From NCBI GenBank assembly GCA_000002435.2, contig CM018793.1: DNA of 64,000 bases. One strand, written 5' to 3'. Positions 18,512 to 29,707 of the stretch are shown piece by piece. The position numbers were made by a program, and so were the translations under genes. Origin of the DNA: Giardia intestinalis (lineage: Eukaryota). Every line of letters starts with the position of its first letter. Positions within the stretch are counted from its first letter, which is position 1. The notes beneath the pieces were generated by a model. It ran no database searches, was not told the DNA's origin, and was given only the letters and a program-made list of their open reading frames with translations.

Positions 18512-20773
18512 ATGACTGCCCCCGCTTTGCGCCTCGTTCATGCCTACGACTCTGGGAACGCCATCGACTTTAATATCTCAGATCCCTTCACTCACCCCGA
18601 CCATCAGATTCTAGCGCGGGAGATTTCTTTTAGGTGCAGACACGACAACGAAGGAACGCCTCATCAAGTCAGCTTCAAATCCTGGTTTAATTTTTGCATC
18701 TTCTCACCCTCGTCCCAACCAATATCAGAGCAACTACTCAGCTTTCAATGGCTCAATCCACCTCCAACTAAAAAGCTATTGATCCATGGGTACAGACCTG
18801 TGTTTCGCTTCTTAGACGCCCATCACAAGCCCCTATTGGTCAAAGTGCTTGAGGCACAGGATGCAGGAGGGACCGACTATGAAGTCCTCTTGCCATCACA
18901 TAGAGAGGTACTCTATAGGCCACTTGATACTCGCTGCATGGGAGGAGGTACTGGCAATGCTGATAAGAACTCCCAGTCTTTGCTGTTTTCGATCCGTGTC
19001 CCTAAGGGGACACATGCAGTCCAGGTCAGTCACAGCTATCCATATCCCCTCAACGAGGTTTATGCGCGGCTGGACAGCATTACTAAGCCGTGGGTGACAG
19101 AAAGAGTTCCTTTAAAGGGCAACGTTTGGCTCTACAAGGTCTGCAAGAACGAGGCGTCCAAGCAAAAACCCATCATTTATATCAGCGCACGCTGTCACCC
19201 TGGAGAGGCGCCTGGAAGCTACGTGCTTGACGGGCTTCTGAGCTCGTTGGAGGTACTTCTAGACATGTTTCAATGTTGGATTGTCCCCGCTATAAATGCA
19301 GAAGGGATTCGGGTCGGAAACTATCGTGCTGATACCAAAGGAAACAACTTAAACAGATGCTATAGCAAGTCGGAGTATCCTGACCTGATCACAGCTGACA
19401 TTATCAGAATGGTCAATCAGACCGAGTGTAACCCGGGCTATGTGCCGGATGTCTATGGCCCACTTAAGGACCTCATGGACCCTATTCTCAAGACAAAGTA
19501 CTTTGAGCAAATGGGCACATTTTCGGGGAGTAGTGACGTCGATGACGAGCGCTGCCAAGATACTACCGGTATCAGAACATTAACCTTCACACAGAACTCA
19601 CAGGGCCAAAAACGGAGAAAGTGTAGCGATAGGATGATAGAGTCAGATGAAAGTAATTCCGAGGACACCTCAGATGTGGATATTAGTGTTGAGAGTAGGC
19701 CCTCTGCCACGACGTCAACATCGTCGTTAGAAAACGCCACTGCATTTGAGATCTCTCTTTCCAACGGAAAGCAGAAGACCCGAAGAATAGTCAAGCCGAT
19801 TAAGAAGGCAAAGGAGCTAGCAGATCATAGATCCACCTCATCTGATCAAAGCGATAAGGATTCCAGGCACAGTACGGCCAAAAAGAACAGTTCTTACTAT
19901 CCTTCGAAGGTGAAAGTGAGTGCTCCATCTGCATCTAAACCTCAATTCAGCGGAAGGCTCCCGCCGCGAAGCGCAGGTGGTGACAGCAGGAGATTTCCTG
20001 CTGAGCAATCACCACATTCTCTCGTGCCCCTCACAAATAGCTCTTCGTCCCCAACTACATTGTTCTCCAACAAGGACAAAGCAGAACACGCATATCCGCT
20101 ACACCAGCCCACGGCCGGGTCTCAGCTCATTAAGTACAGCAGAAAACCCCAAATAATATTCTGCCTGGACATTCACTCGCATGCTAGCATACCAGATTGC
20201 TTTCTATTTGGTAATTCTGTCTTTGAAAACGGGCTTCCAAGCGTCCCCAAGGATAAGCTCTTTTTGGGTCAACTGAGGAACATCCTGTTTGTAAGTTACC
20301 TCGCCGGCCTCGACTCCACATTCAATGTCAGCAAGTGTGACTTCAAGCCTGACTCTATGACCAAGGTGGACAGGGCAGGGGAAACGTTTGAGTATACCAT
20401 GAGAGTGGGTCTTTATGCAGAGACAACGCTCCCCACAGTGTATTGCTTTGAAAGCCACTATTATCGAAAGTCTCGCGATTATGCCAAGAAGCCGTTCACG
20501 GTCCAGGACTTTCTCTCTATGGGAGCAAATTTAGCCAAAGCAATTCAAAGCTACTACGAATTCACTCCCGATAAAGCGCTCACATACCTCAGACGATTAG
20601 AGCACAACATACACATCGGTTACAGTGCACAAAAGATGCTTGCAGAACTCCGCCAAGCTGCCGGCGGAGAGTATCTTGTGATGCTTTATAGGGCTATATA
20701 TGACCAGCTGGATTATCAAGTCAACGGGGCACTGCGACAGGCAAGGCAACAGGACAACAAAGTAGCTAAGTAG
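18512..20773 (+). CDS. cytosolic carboxypeptidase-like M14 metallopeptidase (Nna1/AGTPBP1/AGBL family; putative tubulin deglutamylase)
   Basis: IIYISARCHPGEAPGSYVLDGLL matches the CCP zinc-binding HPGE motif. The later LDIHSHASIPDCFLFGN matches the DLHGHS...FMYG motif. GTG sits at 18506 and ATG at 18512. Confidence 0.7.
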   Translation: MTAPALRLVHAYDSGNAIDFNISDPFTHPDHQILAREISFRCRHDNEGTPHQVSFKSWFNFCIFSPSSQPISEQLLSFQWLNPPPTKKLLIHGYRPVFRFLDAHHKPLLVKVLEAQDAGGTDYEVLLPSHREVLYRPLDTRCMGGGTGNADKNSQSLLFSIRVPKGTHAVQVSHSYPYPLNEVYARLDSITKPWVTERVPLKGNVWLYKVCKNEASKQKPIIYISARCHPGEAPGSYVLDGLLSSLEVLLDMFQCWIVPAINAEGIRVGNYRADTKGNNLNRCYSKSEYPDLITADIIRMVNQTECNPGYVPDVYGPLKDLMDPILKTKYFEQMGTFSGSSDVDDERCQDTTGIRTLTFTQNSQGQKRRKCSDRMIESDESNSEDTSDVDISVESRPSATTSTSSLENATAFEISLSNGKQKTRRIVKPIKKAKELADHRSTSSDQSDKDSRHSTAKKNSSYYPSKVKVSAPSASKPQFSGRLPPRSAGGDSRRFPAEQSPHSLVPLTNSSSSPTTLFSNKDKAEHAYPLHQPTAGSQLIKYSRKPQIIFCLDIHSHASIPDCFLFGNSVFENGLPSVPKDKLFLGQLRNILFVSYLAGLDSTFNVSKCDFKPDSMTKVDRAGETFEYTMRVGLYAETTLPTVYCFESHYYRKSRDYAKKPFTVQDFLSMGANLAKAIQSYYEFTPDKALTYLRRLEHNIHIGYSAQKMLAELRQAAGGEYLVMLYRAIYDQLDYQVNGALRQARQQDNKVAK

Positions 20774-20788
20774 TGGAGTCGACGGCCG

Positions 20789-23700
20789 CTATGCAAGAAA
20801 GCTTGCCAGTTTCTCATTAACCTCTTTCCATACAGTGTGCTCAACGACCCTGAGATATGACATCTGGTATCCCATGCAATAACGACGTGCATGATAGTCA
20901 TGCTTCAGCTCGGGTCTCGAAATAGATAGTGGCGTTATCTGACGCACTACACGCTCCATATCAATGGATACCAAGAGGCCTCTCATAGGTTCAGTGAATC
21001 CGCCCCTGATCCATCGATGGAGCTCTTCTGGGTCAGGTGGCTGAGATGATGATTCAGGAAGCCTTGCTTTTACGTTGCACACGTCACCTATTGTTACCGA
21101 CGGCAGAGGAAATGCCCCCTGCATATTCGTCGCTATCATCTTGGTAGGGTCATAGTCTCCATGGCCAATATGAAGCTCTAAATCATTGGCGCACAGCGTT
21201 AGCCAGGCGTGCCCGTGATCTTCTAGACACATGCTGTCACGAAACTCCGCCAGTACGTCTACCGATTGGACGAAGAAGCCTGCCAGGACGGCAATCATCG
21301 CTCGTCGCATAGCCTTGGAAAGGTTTATGCTCCGTCCATGCAGAGAAATCGTGTAAATCAAGCGGACCCCATATACGTCCGCTGACGTCGCTGCACAAGT
21401 GGCAAATAGAGTCCGAAAGATTCTAAGGCGACTCGCGGGACTATGCCAAAGGAGGGTAAGACAAAATGTTACATATGTTCCCACTGCGTCTACCAGGTCG
21501 GTCGTGTGAATATGAGATAACACCGCAAACAACTGTTCTCCGTGATCATGTATCACACTGAGTCCTGATGAGTCACCAAGCACGTAGTTGTAGTATTCCA
21601 TCAACATACCTAAAATACTTACAGTTATATCGGGGGAATAGCCCCTAGAAATGTCTTCATCTATATATGGGGTGACGCGTTCCAACAAGCGTATTATCGA
21701 CTGTTCCATTGCAAGGGCTGCCTGGGTGTCAACCCCTATCCCAAAGGATAAATTCGCATTACTGAGTAACAGCTTGAGCAGCTTGGAAAAATCAACAGAG
21801 CGAAGAAGTACTAAGATTTCTGCGGGGGCCTTGGCAAGATGAGATAAGGCCTGCAGACATTTTGAAATGAAAATTAAGCTGTTGTGGTCCAGCGACCGGG
21901 CATTCCGAGACACAGATAGAATGGACGCCACTTCAGCGCAAAATGCCTTAATAGCGATACTGGGATTGCTCACTGCAATTGTATCTTCAGGACCTCCCGC
22001 GCACGCAGCAAGATACGCATCCAGATACACCCCGCCGATATATGCCTTGTTATTAATTGCACGCTGAAGAGTCGGGATAGAGAGGTAACTTACTGCAGGA
22101 GGACTCTTCACCAGTTCAGAGCCGCTACCTTGGAAGGATGACAGGAAGGAGCTGCAAAGACTGATCAACTCATTGGTACAGTGTGCTGACCAATAAAATT
22201 CTGGTGACGAGATCTCGGTCGTCAACAAAATCTTAGAGAATGATACGTGATCATGCTCAGCGAGAGACAGGACAAGGGGAGGTGGTAAAAGACCCATCAA
22301 CACCGGATTCTGTGCACGTAGAAGAAACCCACATATCTCTATGGTCAGAAGAAGCACGGGTGGGACACCCTTTGCATCTTGATCAGTCATGCGTGATGCA
22401 TTCTGAAGCAAAAATCTTAGTAAATGCACATGAATTGCACTCGAGGCCGCTGCATCGGGATTAATGAAAAGCACCATCTTGAGGATCAGTGCGCACAGGA
22501 CCGGTCTGGGATAAAGCTCGCTGGCCCACGGTACTTGAAGAAGATTTTGCTTAACGGTGTTTAGAGTTGCGGGGTCATGAATACTGAAGGAGTCAAGCAT
22601 GGATAGCCCTCCACCACTCTCGCTATAATGGCGCATGTATGCAAAGGTAGCTGAATCAGTAATGCTTTCATCAAGAGCTCCCTTGAGTATAGCTGGAAGA
22701 TAGGGCGCTATGACAGGGAGAAAAATCGTAGGGTCCTCAATACTGAGGACGTGGATAAGGAAGGCAAGGACAAGCTCGCTAAGCAAAAGCTGCTCTTGGC
22801 TCTCAATAATCGTGAATCCTATATAGCAAAGCATCTTCAGAAGAGACGTGCGTGTGGGTTCTTGGATCTGCGTATACAAATGGGAGTCTGTGTAAGCCAC
22901 ATAGAAGACCGTAGATAACATAGCATGGAGAGGGATGAGACTTCCAACATATTGGTAAAACGCTGTAATTAGATTGAAGTCTCTGGAACTAGAAGCACAA
23001 GCATAGATCGCTTCTAAGGTGTGCAGCATATCACAGACATATTGAGACGCGCTAAGTGTTTCAGAAGACCCTTTGCTCAAAAAGCTAAGGGTCTGGAGAG
23101 GAGTGCCTATGTTAACCTGACCCTTTGATAGATTGAGCTCGACCATCATTCCGAGTATGTTGTTAATATGATATCCAGAGATCAACAGACGCGCGGGATA
23201 CTTCGCTAACTCTGTGAATTCTCTTTCTGCGATGTCGAGCATCTCCTCCAAAGTACAAACGCAGTGTGTCTTATCTTGCTGGGACTGATAGCCACGCAGC
23301 AAGTGACCGAAATACAGAATAACTCGGTCTCTATAGTCGGCATCAAAGGCGAATCGGGGACCGTAGTAGCTACCTTTCATAATTGTCAGGAGCCTCGGGG
23401 CTTCAATTCCCCCGGTTGCTACGGAGTCGACATACGATGTGCCGAATATGCGGATGAAACGCCGAATATTGTCAGAGAATACACTACTGATTCCACAGGT
23501 GAGTCCAAGAAGCTGCGAGAGGACATCTGCAAACTCAGTGACAGAAAGGATGGTCCCGGTGAAAATATAGATCATGATTTGCGGGGCCAGTGCGACATCA
23601 ACGTGCGTCCTGATAGCTTCTAAGTAGTAGTGAATGACAGACACCACAATCAGTGTCCTCAGGTAGGACTGATTGCTGGCGTTCGTGATGAGAGAATCCA

Positions 23701-26700
23701 GATCAACGTGCGGATTCACGTAGGAGATGTTAGATGGAGTGTACAAGGACCCGACAAGTCTCCCCAGCACTTGATCTAAGGAGGGTGTTGGCCCCTTTAA
23801 AAATCTACACTTGCACTCGATAGTTTTTAGTGCGGTGATCGCCATGTACAGATACACGAGTGTGCCTGTGACCCCGTCCTGCACGCCATTGGATGATTGA
23901 GAAGAAAATAAGACAGTTGGGATGAGCGCGGATACCAGGTCTGCACAAGTGGCGACAAACATCCGTAGCTGCGTGTTCAAGAAACGCAGGGACATAGACA
24001 GCGTCCTGACACAAACGGAACTAAACGCCTCTCCCGCCCATCCGTCATCGAGCAAAGAGTTTCCTCCCATGATGATGTCTCCTAACTTCATCTGGGACAC
24101 TTGGAGACAGACAGCCATGTACTGATGGAAGATAGGATATGAAGGGCGAAATGCTCCGTTCTTGACATAAGTAGAAAAAGCGAGTAATCCGTCCCCAAGG
24201 GCCCTTACCAGTAGTATCAAAAGGATAGAGAGTCTCCTCAAAAGATCTGTCTCAGACATACGGTTCTGATTGATGAGATCAGGGTGCTGAAGGAAAGCAG
24301 AGTCTATCGACGTCATCCCTACCCTATCGATCTTGGCACTGGCGCTCTGCAATTCCTTCCTAAGCTTACTCTCTGTTGCCCGCATCTCTTCTGTCCTATC
24401 TAGCCCCACTTTTAAAAGGTCGATTGCGCGAATACAGCATAGGGATGTCATCTCGTGCAACCCTTCTGTTTCGAGACGGAGCAGTGGGGGAAGAGTGGAG
24501 CAAGAGTGGATATGGTGCGTTACAGGAGTAGCCTCTGCATCACGGTCAAGTTGGCAATCTCTGGTGACCTCCTCGGACATGTGATTGTATAGGGCGTTAA
24601 GCTCTCCAACGCTAAGAGACAGTAATGTCTGTAAGAAACTGATCAGATCGGTTATGGACAGAGCCACATTTGTCGCAGTCCTGGATATAGAGCGCAGTAA
24701 GGAAGTGTATATGCCTCCTGCAAGGCTGGCCTCTATTTCGCGAATGCAAGGATAAGAAGAAATAGATGGAAGATCCAGTTGGCTCGACATTCGTGTCGAA
24801 GAGTTGTACAGATAACACCCAACGGGCTCTCCGGTTTGCTTGGAAAACTCTATGTTATGAATATGCGGAACACAGCACCACGGTCCCTGGGTGTACTCGC
24901 CAAAGAATCGTAGATAGCTTATCCTGTGGTGTTCATCTACGCTCAAGAGCGCTGCCCGTAACGGCTGCTGCCAGGAGTAGAGTGCTGAATAGAGATAGTG
25001 ACGCATCTCATGGGTCCACACAACGTTGATTTTGAAGGTTTCATAGGACGTAAAGGTCTCTGCCGCATCTGAGGCCCTTTTAGAACTCAGCAATAGGAGG
25101 GCAAGAGGCTCGGGGAGCAGCGACTTGACACATAAAGCAACGCTATTCGAGGCCAGACTCTCCCCTCCAACAGTTCGTGAGCACGATTGGTAAAGCTCCT
25201 GCAAAAGAAGGACAGCATAGCTGTTGGGCTCTAGTCCATGTGTATTCGATAACAAGAAGTGGATCACCCCACACTCTACCATCGACTGCGCAATCTCCGA
25301 ATCTCGCTTGCAGAGCTCCCTCAATAGCTCGCACGTCTGGGTAAAGATTTTCTGAATAATTGCTACTTCTGCTGGAGAAGAGTGGACAGCGCTGGCGACA
25401 TCAGAGCCTGTCTTGTAGCAGACAAGGTCAAAGCGCTCCTTCTCCAAGAACGCTGATGAGGTGCTAGGCGCTTGGGTCTCGAGGAGAAGGTTGGCAAAAA
25501 TTGGCAGAAAAGCGCGGCTAGAAAGAGTTTTCTTGTATCGGGGCACCGGAATAAGAATGCGTCCCACCTTATCTGTCATAGCTTGGGACTGAAGGCACCC
25601 CAAGATGACCCTTAGAGAAATATGTATTAGCGAGCCATACGTGTGAGCCGCAAGGATGGTCTCTGGATCAACAGACAGACAAAGATTCTTCTCCTTGTTG
25701 CAGCTTATCAAGGGCAGGATGTACGAAGCAAGATAATAATGCAGCCCAGTACTTGCAGCGTCAGCATATTTGGCTGCCAGCTGAGAAGCAGCAACCTCAA
25801 TCAGAGACAAGCATAAACCTGCAAGTCCATAGTCGGCCACAGTCAAGAGGCGGATTGTCTCTGTAGCAAGCTCCATCAACTGAGTGAACCGAGAGCTGGA
25901 GTTGATGAGGATGAGGGTGATAGCGAAGATCAGGGCGGCGCGAATAGATCTATCGTTGTCTCGTAAAAGAATAAAATGGGAGAAGTAGCTAGAGACAAGC
26001 GTATCTAGATTTGTTGCCTTGATGGCTTCACCAGTACCAACAGATTCTCGAGATCCCGTCTTCACGTCTAGGGTCAGGGTAGATAAAAGCTCCTGCTGAA
26101 AGTACCTACCGCTGACGCATTCCTCATGCATTTTAAGAGATATATAGTGCCAAAGAACGTAAGACAGATAGTAGCCGTTGAACTGGACGTCAAAGGATGT
26201 TAGAGGAAACAGGCTTTTCCCACGGAGATCTACGTGGAAGGCGTCCACGTTCCAGCTGAGCATAGTGCCGAGGACGGGCCTGTTTGTTACAAGGACCTTC
26301 CTCAAAGCGTCGTGTGGCATTGAAGAGATGTGCTTTTCAGCCTCTGCATATAGTAATGTGAGCTCCTGGATAAGCAGCATGCTAAGATTCGCTCGAACAG
26401 ACTCGTCCCAGACGATGTCGAAGGAGTAGCTCTTAGTGGGCAGGAGATTTAAGAGGTCCTTCCACTTCTCCAAGGGGCCCGGAAACGGCAGCAGTACATA
26501 GCTTGGGCCATGCTCTCGAACATAGGAGAGGTGAGTTGCAGTTCCCAAGTGAAAACAGGCTTTGCCGCTGAGGAGGTTAGATGTGCTTTTGCTCCCTGCC
26601 TTATATGATTGTAAAGACATAGAGGAAAGTTGAGACGACAAGATGCTGCTGAGAAAGGGCATGGGGAAGACTGCGTGAACAAGAGACCGAACAGTGGCGT

Positions 26701-29524
26701 TGGCTCCATACGCCGTGGCGATGATCTGAAGAGAGCCCTCGCGTAGGCTGAGTGGGGCAGCATCAGATATGACGTCATCGATATAGCGTAGCATCGCTCC
26801 AGAGGATAGGCAATAATCTGATAGAGTTGTCCTCACCTTTTCATTCAGGACGTCCTCGAAGAGGATCTGCTTGATGAAGAGACGGGCCAAAAGAGATATT
26901 CGGCGGCAATCAAGCAAGGTAAGCGAAACATAGTCCACAAACCCTTCGCCGAGTGCTAGGAAAAGCTCTGCTCGGCCAGGAGGATGGGGAAGCTGGTTTC
27001 CTGCTCGCTCGGCCCTGCGCACACTGTCAGCAAACCATTGCTGGCCCAAGTGACTCCTGAATAGGATAATGTCATCAAGGATACCGCAAATAGGAAGCAG
27101 CATGAGAGGCTCCTTTTTGCAATGCTTATGAAGATTGCTCGCAACCTGGCAGACCAGCTTTAAGATTGGGCCTTCCGATGCCATGAGATCGGCCCTGTTT
27201 TCCTTCTCCATTTCGAACCGCGACTTGCTGAACGTTATTCCCTGTGTGTACGTAGTTGGCAAGCTATTAGTATCGTAGGCACGCTTTATATCCGCGAGGC
27301 TCTTGCCAGAGATAAGAGATATCTCTGCTCTATTGATAAACGACGACGCCATTAGGGCCACTCCTTCCGACGCATCCACGTTTTCTAAAGAAGTTGATTG
27401 GAACGCTTTTCCCAAAGTCTTTTCGCTGCGATCGTGATGGATTGGCTTAGAGCTCTTGCAAGAGAGGTCAGGAATCATGAGGTCATTGTTAATGGAATAG
27501 ACGCTAGAAAATCCTGAATACGAATGTGTTCCCTGCTCAGACAGGACGCGCCACTGGTATGTTAGTGTGGCTCGGACAGCCGTTAGAATCATGCACAAGC
27601 CAAGAGGAGTAAACCTGTTGCCGCTAAATATCTCAGGAAGGTCTGAGAAAAGAAAGCTGTGGCAATCTTGCACAGCTGCACGACAAAGTGTTCTGCTTTG
27701 TAGCAAAAGAACGAGAAAATCTAGCAGGATGCAAAGCGCAACTGTAAGGTCGGACGGCTGTGCCTTGGCCTCTTTGCTTATAAATGCTAAAATCTTCCCG
27801 GCACACGTCAAGTACCCCTTATTCTTGCCGTCATAAGGAAGCGTGCGCGGATGTGCTCCCGTCAGAAACGCCAGATCCTCTAGTAGCGAAGCCAGAACAA
27901 CGTTGTCAATCTGCAAGACTTCACTGGAGGTAGTCTTTGATACCACGTTATGTAGTTGTGCAGCAAAGTAGTCCATGCTTACCGGAACAGCAGGCATTCC
28001 AAGAGGTATTGCTCGATGTAAGCGATAGAACCGCATTCTTACTGGAAGGCAAAGGCTTTGCACGAAATCCAAAAGCTGAAGGAGGAAGCAGAGCCTAGCG
28101 TCATCTGAGGAGAAGGTGTAAAAGAGTGACTCCCCTATGTATAGTTTTAGCTCAAGGGTAGATCCCTGCAGGTTAGACTGATTACCTGGGTCGTTACCAC
28201 TCGGAGGTACAGACTCATGATTGCTTCCATGGAAAACGGGGCTTTTGAGCCCAAGAAATATCTCCGTCCCTTGCTCGACGGGGTCGTCTACAAGCCGCTT
28301 GAATGCCTGTCTGAAATTGCCTTTGTACCGGATAGAGCTAGGGTCTAGTACTATTGTATCTATCTGGGCAATAGGTACTGCACGGATAATATTAGAGTCT
28401 ACTCTCTCAATGATCCAGCCCTGGTGTAGGAGTAGAGATATATCCCTGTAGTGACAGAGGTTAATCTTCCCCGTCAGGTAATTACCAAACAGGCCCTTCT
28501 TGAGGTGATCCTGCCGCAGTTCATGCCAAGAGAGCGCATGAGTTGGCGCAAGCTTCTGTTTCTGCTTCTCCTCTCCATCTTCCTTCTTACTAACATCTGG
28601 CCCCTCACGAGTAGCCTGCAAATTACTATCCTTTGGGTCCGTGGCCTCCTTCTCTTCAATCGTTCTCTTTGACTCTAGAGCTGGGGGCGGTGGTGGCGGT
28701 AAAAGTGGAGATGAAGCAGGCTGGGCAGCTCTCATAGAGGACGGTGCATCTAGAGGCAGAGAAAAGAGCGAAAAAGTGTCTTGTTCAGTATAATGAGTTG
28801 TCAGAATCTCAGCTGTGGCCAAAACCCTGGAGGTCTGGAAGACACTTGAGGGCGGCTTTTCCCGAAGACCAGATAGTGCAAATTCTTCATAGGGAATGAC
28901 CTTCAGTTTGACAAAGTTATCGCGTCGTAAAGTATTCGTCCCCGATACAATGTTACTAGCAAAGGCTTTCGCGGCATCGTGCGTTGCGAACTCAAGTCTA
29001 GTAGGGTAGAAAGGCATTTCTTGGTCCATAAAAAAGCACGTGGACACGTATCCTGGGCCATCGCTTACTAGGGCAAGAACGACAGAAGTTATCGCCTCGG
29101 GACGAAGAACGAGCACGTAAGATCTGGCCTGCTTCAGTCGAATAAGCGCAAGAGTCTTCTTGAAAAAGCAGAGCTCTATCTCCTCGCCACTTACTAAGTC
29201 CTTTGCCGGAAGCCAGGTCGCTTTAGACTCCGGCAAGCCTTTGTTAGCCCCTAAGAGGAGGTCTGCAGTCACTGCTGCGCGGAGGCTGAGATGGCCCGCG
29301 GGCATGCAGGTGACGTGCAGTTTGTCTGTGAGCAAAATGATATTGGGGTTTTTCGGGCTGGTGAGTGTGTCTGGAGACCAGTCCCTCCATGGCTCCAAAA
29401 TTGAAATCCCCTGATTGTCAAAGATGTGTACCCCGTCTGGCCGCGTCTCCAGAATGGCTGGCCGTGTCTTGTACCCCTTGGGGGCATCTACTGGGTACCT
29501 TATCCGGTACTCAAAGGGGAGCAT
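20789..29524 (-). CDS. giant hypothetical protein (about 2911 aa), helical-repeat rich, poly-Pro tract
   Basis: An 8.7 kb uninterrupted ORF. The track start is GTG at 29545; the first ATG is complement 29522-29524 (MLPFEYRIRYPVDAPKG...). No kinase, J-domain, Sec7 or P-loop signatures seen. Confidence 0.6.
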   Translation of the reverse strand: MLPFEYRIRYPVDAPKGYKTRPAILETRPDGVHIFDNQGISILEPWRDWSPDTLTSPKNPNIILLTDKLHVTCMPAGHLSLRAAVTADLLLGANKGLPESKATWLPAKDLVSGEEIELCFFKKTLALIRLKQARSYVLVLRPEAITSVVLALVSDGPGYVSTCFFMDQEMPFYPTRLEFATHDAAKAFASNIVSGTNTLRRDNFVKLKVIPYEEFALSGLREKPPSSVFQTSRVLATAEILTTHYTEQDTFSLFSLPLDAPSSMRAAQPASSPLLPPPPPPALESKRTIEEKEATDPKDSNLQATREGPDVSKKEDGEEKQKQKLAPTHALSWHELRQDHLKKGLFGNYLTGKINLCHYRDISLLLHQGWIIERVDSNIIRAVPIAQIDTIVLDPSSIRYKGNFRQAFKRLVDDPVEQGTEIFLGLKSPVFHGSNHESVPPSGNDPGNQSNLQGSTLELKLYIGESLFYTFSSDDARLCFLLQLLDFVQSLCLPVRMRFYRLHRAIPLGMPAVPVSMDYFAAQLHNVVSKTTSSEVLQIDNVVLASLLEDLAFLTGAHPRTLPYDGKNKGYLTCAGKILAFISKEAKAQPSDLTVALCILLDFLVLLLQSRTLCRAAVQDCHSFLFSDLPEIFSGNRFTPLGLCMILTAVRATLTYQWRVLSEQGTHSYSGFSSVYSINNDLMIPDLSCKSSKPIHHDRSEKTLGKAFQSTSLENVDASEGVALMASSFINRAEISLISGKSLADIKRAYDTNSLPTTYTQGITFSKSRFEMEKENRADLMASEGPILKLVCQVASNLHKHCKKEPLMLLPICGILDDIILFRSHLGQQWFADSVRRAERAGNQLPHPPGRAELFLALGEGFVDYVSLTLLDCRRISLLARLFIKQILFEDVLNEKVRTTLSDYCLSSGAMLRYIDDVISDAAPLSLREGSLQIIATAYGANATVRSLVHAVFPMPFLSSILSSQLSSMSLQSYKAGSKSTSNLLSGKACFHLGTATHLSYVREHGPSYVLLPFPGPLEKWKDLLNLLPTKSYSFDIVWDESVRANLSMLLIQELTLLYAEAEKHISSMPHDALRKVLVTNRPVLGTMLSWNVDAFHVDLRGKSLFPLTSFDVQFNGYYLSYVLWHYISLKMHEECVSGRYFQQELLSTLTLDVKTGSRESVGTGEAIKATNLDTLVSSYFSHFILLRDNDRSIRAALIFAITLILINSSSRFTQLMELATETIRLLTVADYGLAGLCLSLIEVAASQLAAKYADAASTGLHYYLASYILPLISCNKEKNLCLSVDPETILAAHTYGSLIHISLRVILGCLQSQAMTDKVGRILIPVPRYKKTLSSRAFLPIFANLLLETQAPSTSSAFLEKERFDLVCYKTGSDVASAVHSSPAEVAIIQKIFTQTCELLRELCKRDSEIAQSMVECGVIHFLLSNTHGLEPNSYAVLLLQELYQSCSRTVGGESLASNSVALCVKSLLPEPLALLLLSSKRASDAAETFTSYETFKINVVWTHEMRHYLYSALYSWQQPLRAALLSVDEHHRISYLRFFGEYTQGPWCCVPHIHNIEFSKQTGEPVGCYLYNSSTRMSSQLDLPSISSYPCIREIEASLAGGIYTSLLRSISRTATNVALSITDLISFLQTLLSLSVGELNALYNHMSEEVTRDCQLDRDAEATPVTHHIHSCSTLPPLLRLETEGLHEMTSLCCIRAIDLLKVGLDRTEEMRATESKLRKELQSASAKIDRVGMTSIDSAFLQHPDLINQNRMSETDLLRRLSILLILLVRALGDGLLAFSTYVKNGAFRPSYPIFHQYMAVCLQVSQMKLGDIIMGGNSLLDDGWAGEAFSSVCVRTLSMSLRFLNTQLRMFVATCADLVSALIPTVLFSSQSSNGVQDGVTGTLVYLYMAITALKTIECKCRFLKGPTPSLDQVLGRLVGSLYTPSNISYVNPHVDLDSLITNASNQSYLRTLIVVSVIHYYLEAIRTHVDVALAPQIMIYIFTGTILSVTEFADVLSQLLGLTCGISSVFSDNIRRFIRIFGTSYVDSVATGGIEAPRLLTIMKGSYYGPRFAFDADYRDRVILYFGHLLRGYQSQQDKTHCVCTLEEMLDIAEREFTELAKYPARLLISGYHINNILGMMVELNLSKGQVNIGTPLQTLSFLSKGSSETLSASQYVCDMLHTLEAIYACASSSRDFNLITAFYQYVGSLIPLHAMLSTVFYVAYTDSHLYTQIQEPTRTSLLKMLCYIGFTIIESQEQLLLSELVLAFLIHVLSIEDPTIFLPVIAPYLPAILKGALDESITDSATFAYMRHYSESGGGLSMLDSFSIHDPATLNTVKQNLLQVPWASELYPRPVLCALILKMVLFINPDAAASSAIHVHLLRFLLQNASRMTDQDAKGVPPVLLLTIEICGFLLRAQNPVLMGLLPPPLVLSLAEHDHVSFSKILLTTEISSPEFYWSAHCTNELISLCSSFLSSFQGSGSELVKSPPAVSYLSIPTLQRAINNKAYIGGVYLDAYLAACAGGPEDTIAVSNPSIAIKAFCAEVASILSVSRNARSLDHNSLIFISKCLQALSHLAKAPAEILVLLRSVDFSKLLKLLLSNANLSFGIGVDTQAALAMEQSIIRLLERVTPYIDEDISRGYSPDITVSILGMLMEYYNYVLGDSSGLSVIHDHGEQLFAVLSHIHTTDLVDAVGTYVTFCLTLLWHSPASRLRIFRTLFATCAATSADVYGVRLIYTISLHGRSINLSKAMRRAMIAVLAGFFVQSVDVLAEFRDSMCLEDHGHAWLTLCANDLELHIGHGDYDPTKMIATNMQGAFPLPSVTIGDVCNVKARLPESSSQPPDPEELHRWIRGGFTEPMRGLLVSIDMERVVRQITPLSISRPELKHDYHARRYCMGYQMSYLRVVEHTVWKEVNEKLASFLA

Positions 29525-29707
29525 CTGGGAAATTTCTTTACACACGAACCTACAAAAAACCTTTGATCTGATGACTTTGGTCCTAGGCTAAGAGGTGTGG
29601 AACGGATTCGATTGGTCTTCACTGCACAAGAGGTTCTCACGCACAGATTGGTGTTCATCCAAGGTGCGTACGAATTTCGACCGCTAAAAAACCAGAAAAG
29701 CTAGTGC

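Noticed and set aside
20789-29524. Possible DnaJ (RME-8-like) identity for the 2911-aa protein because of an HPD tripeptide (AFLQHPDLINQ)
   Set aside because: There is no surrounding J-domain helix pattern (no KxAYRKLAxKYHPDKN context). The HPD is fortuitous.
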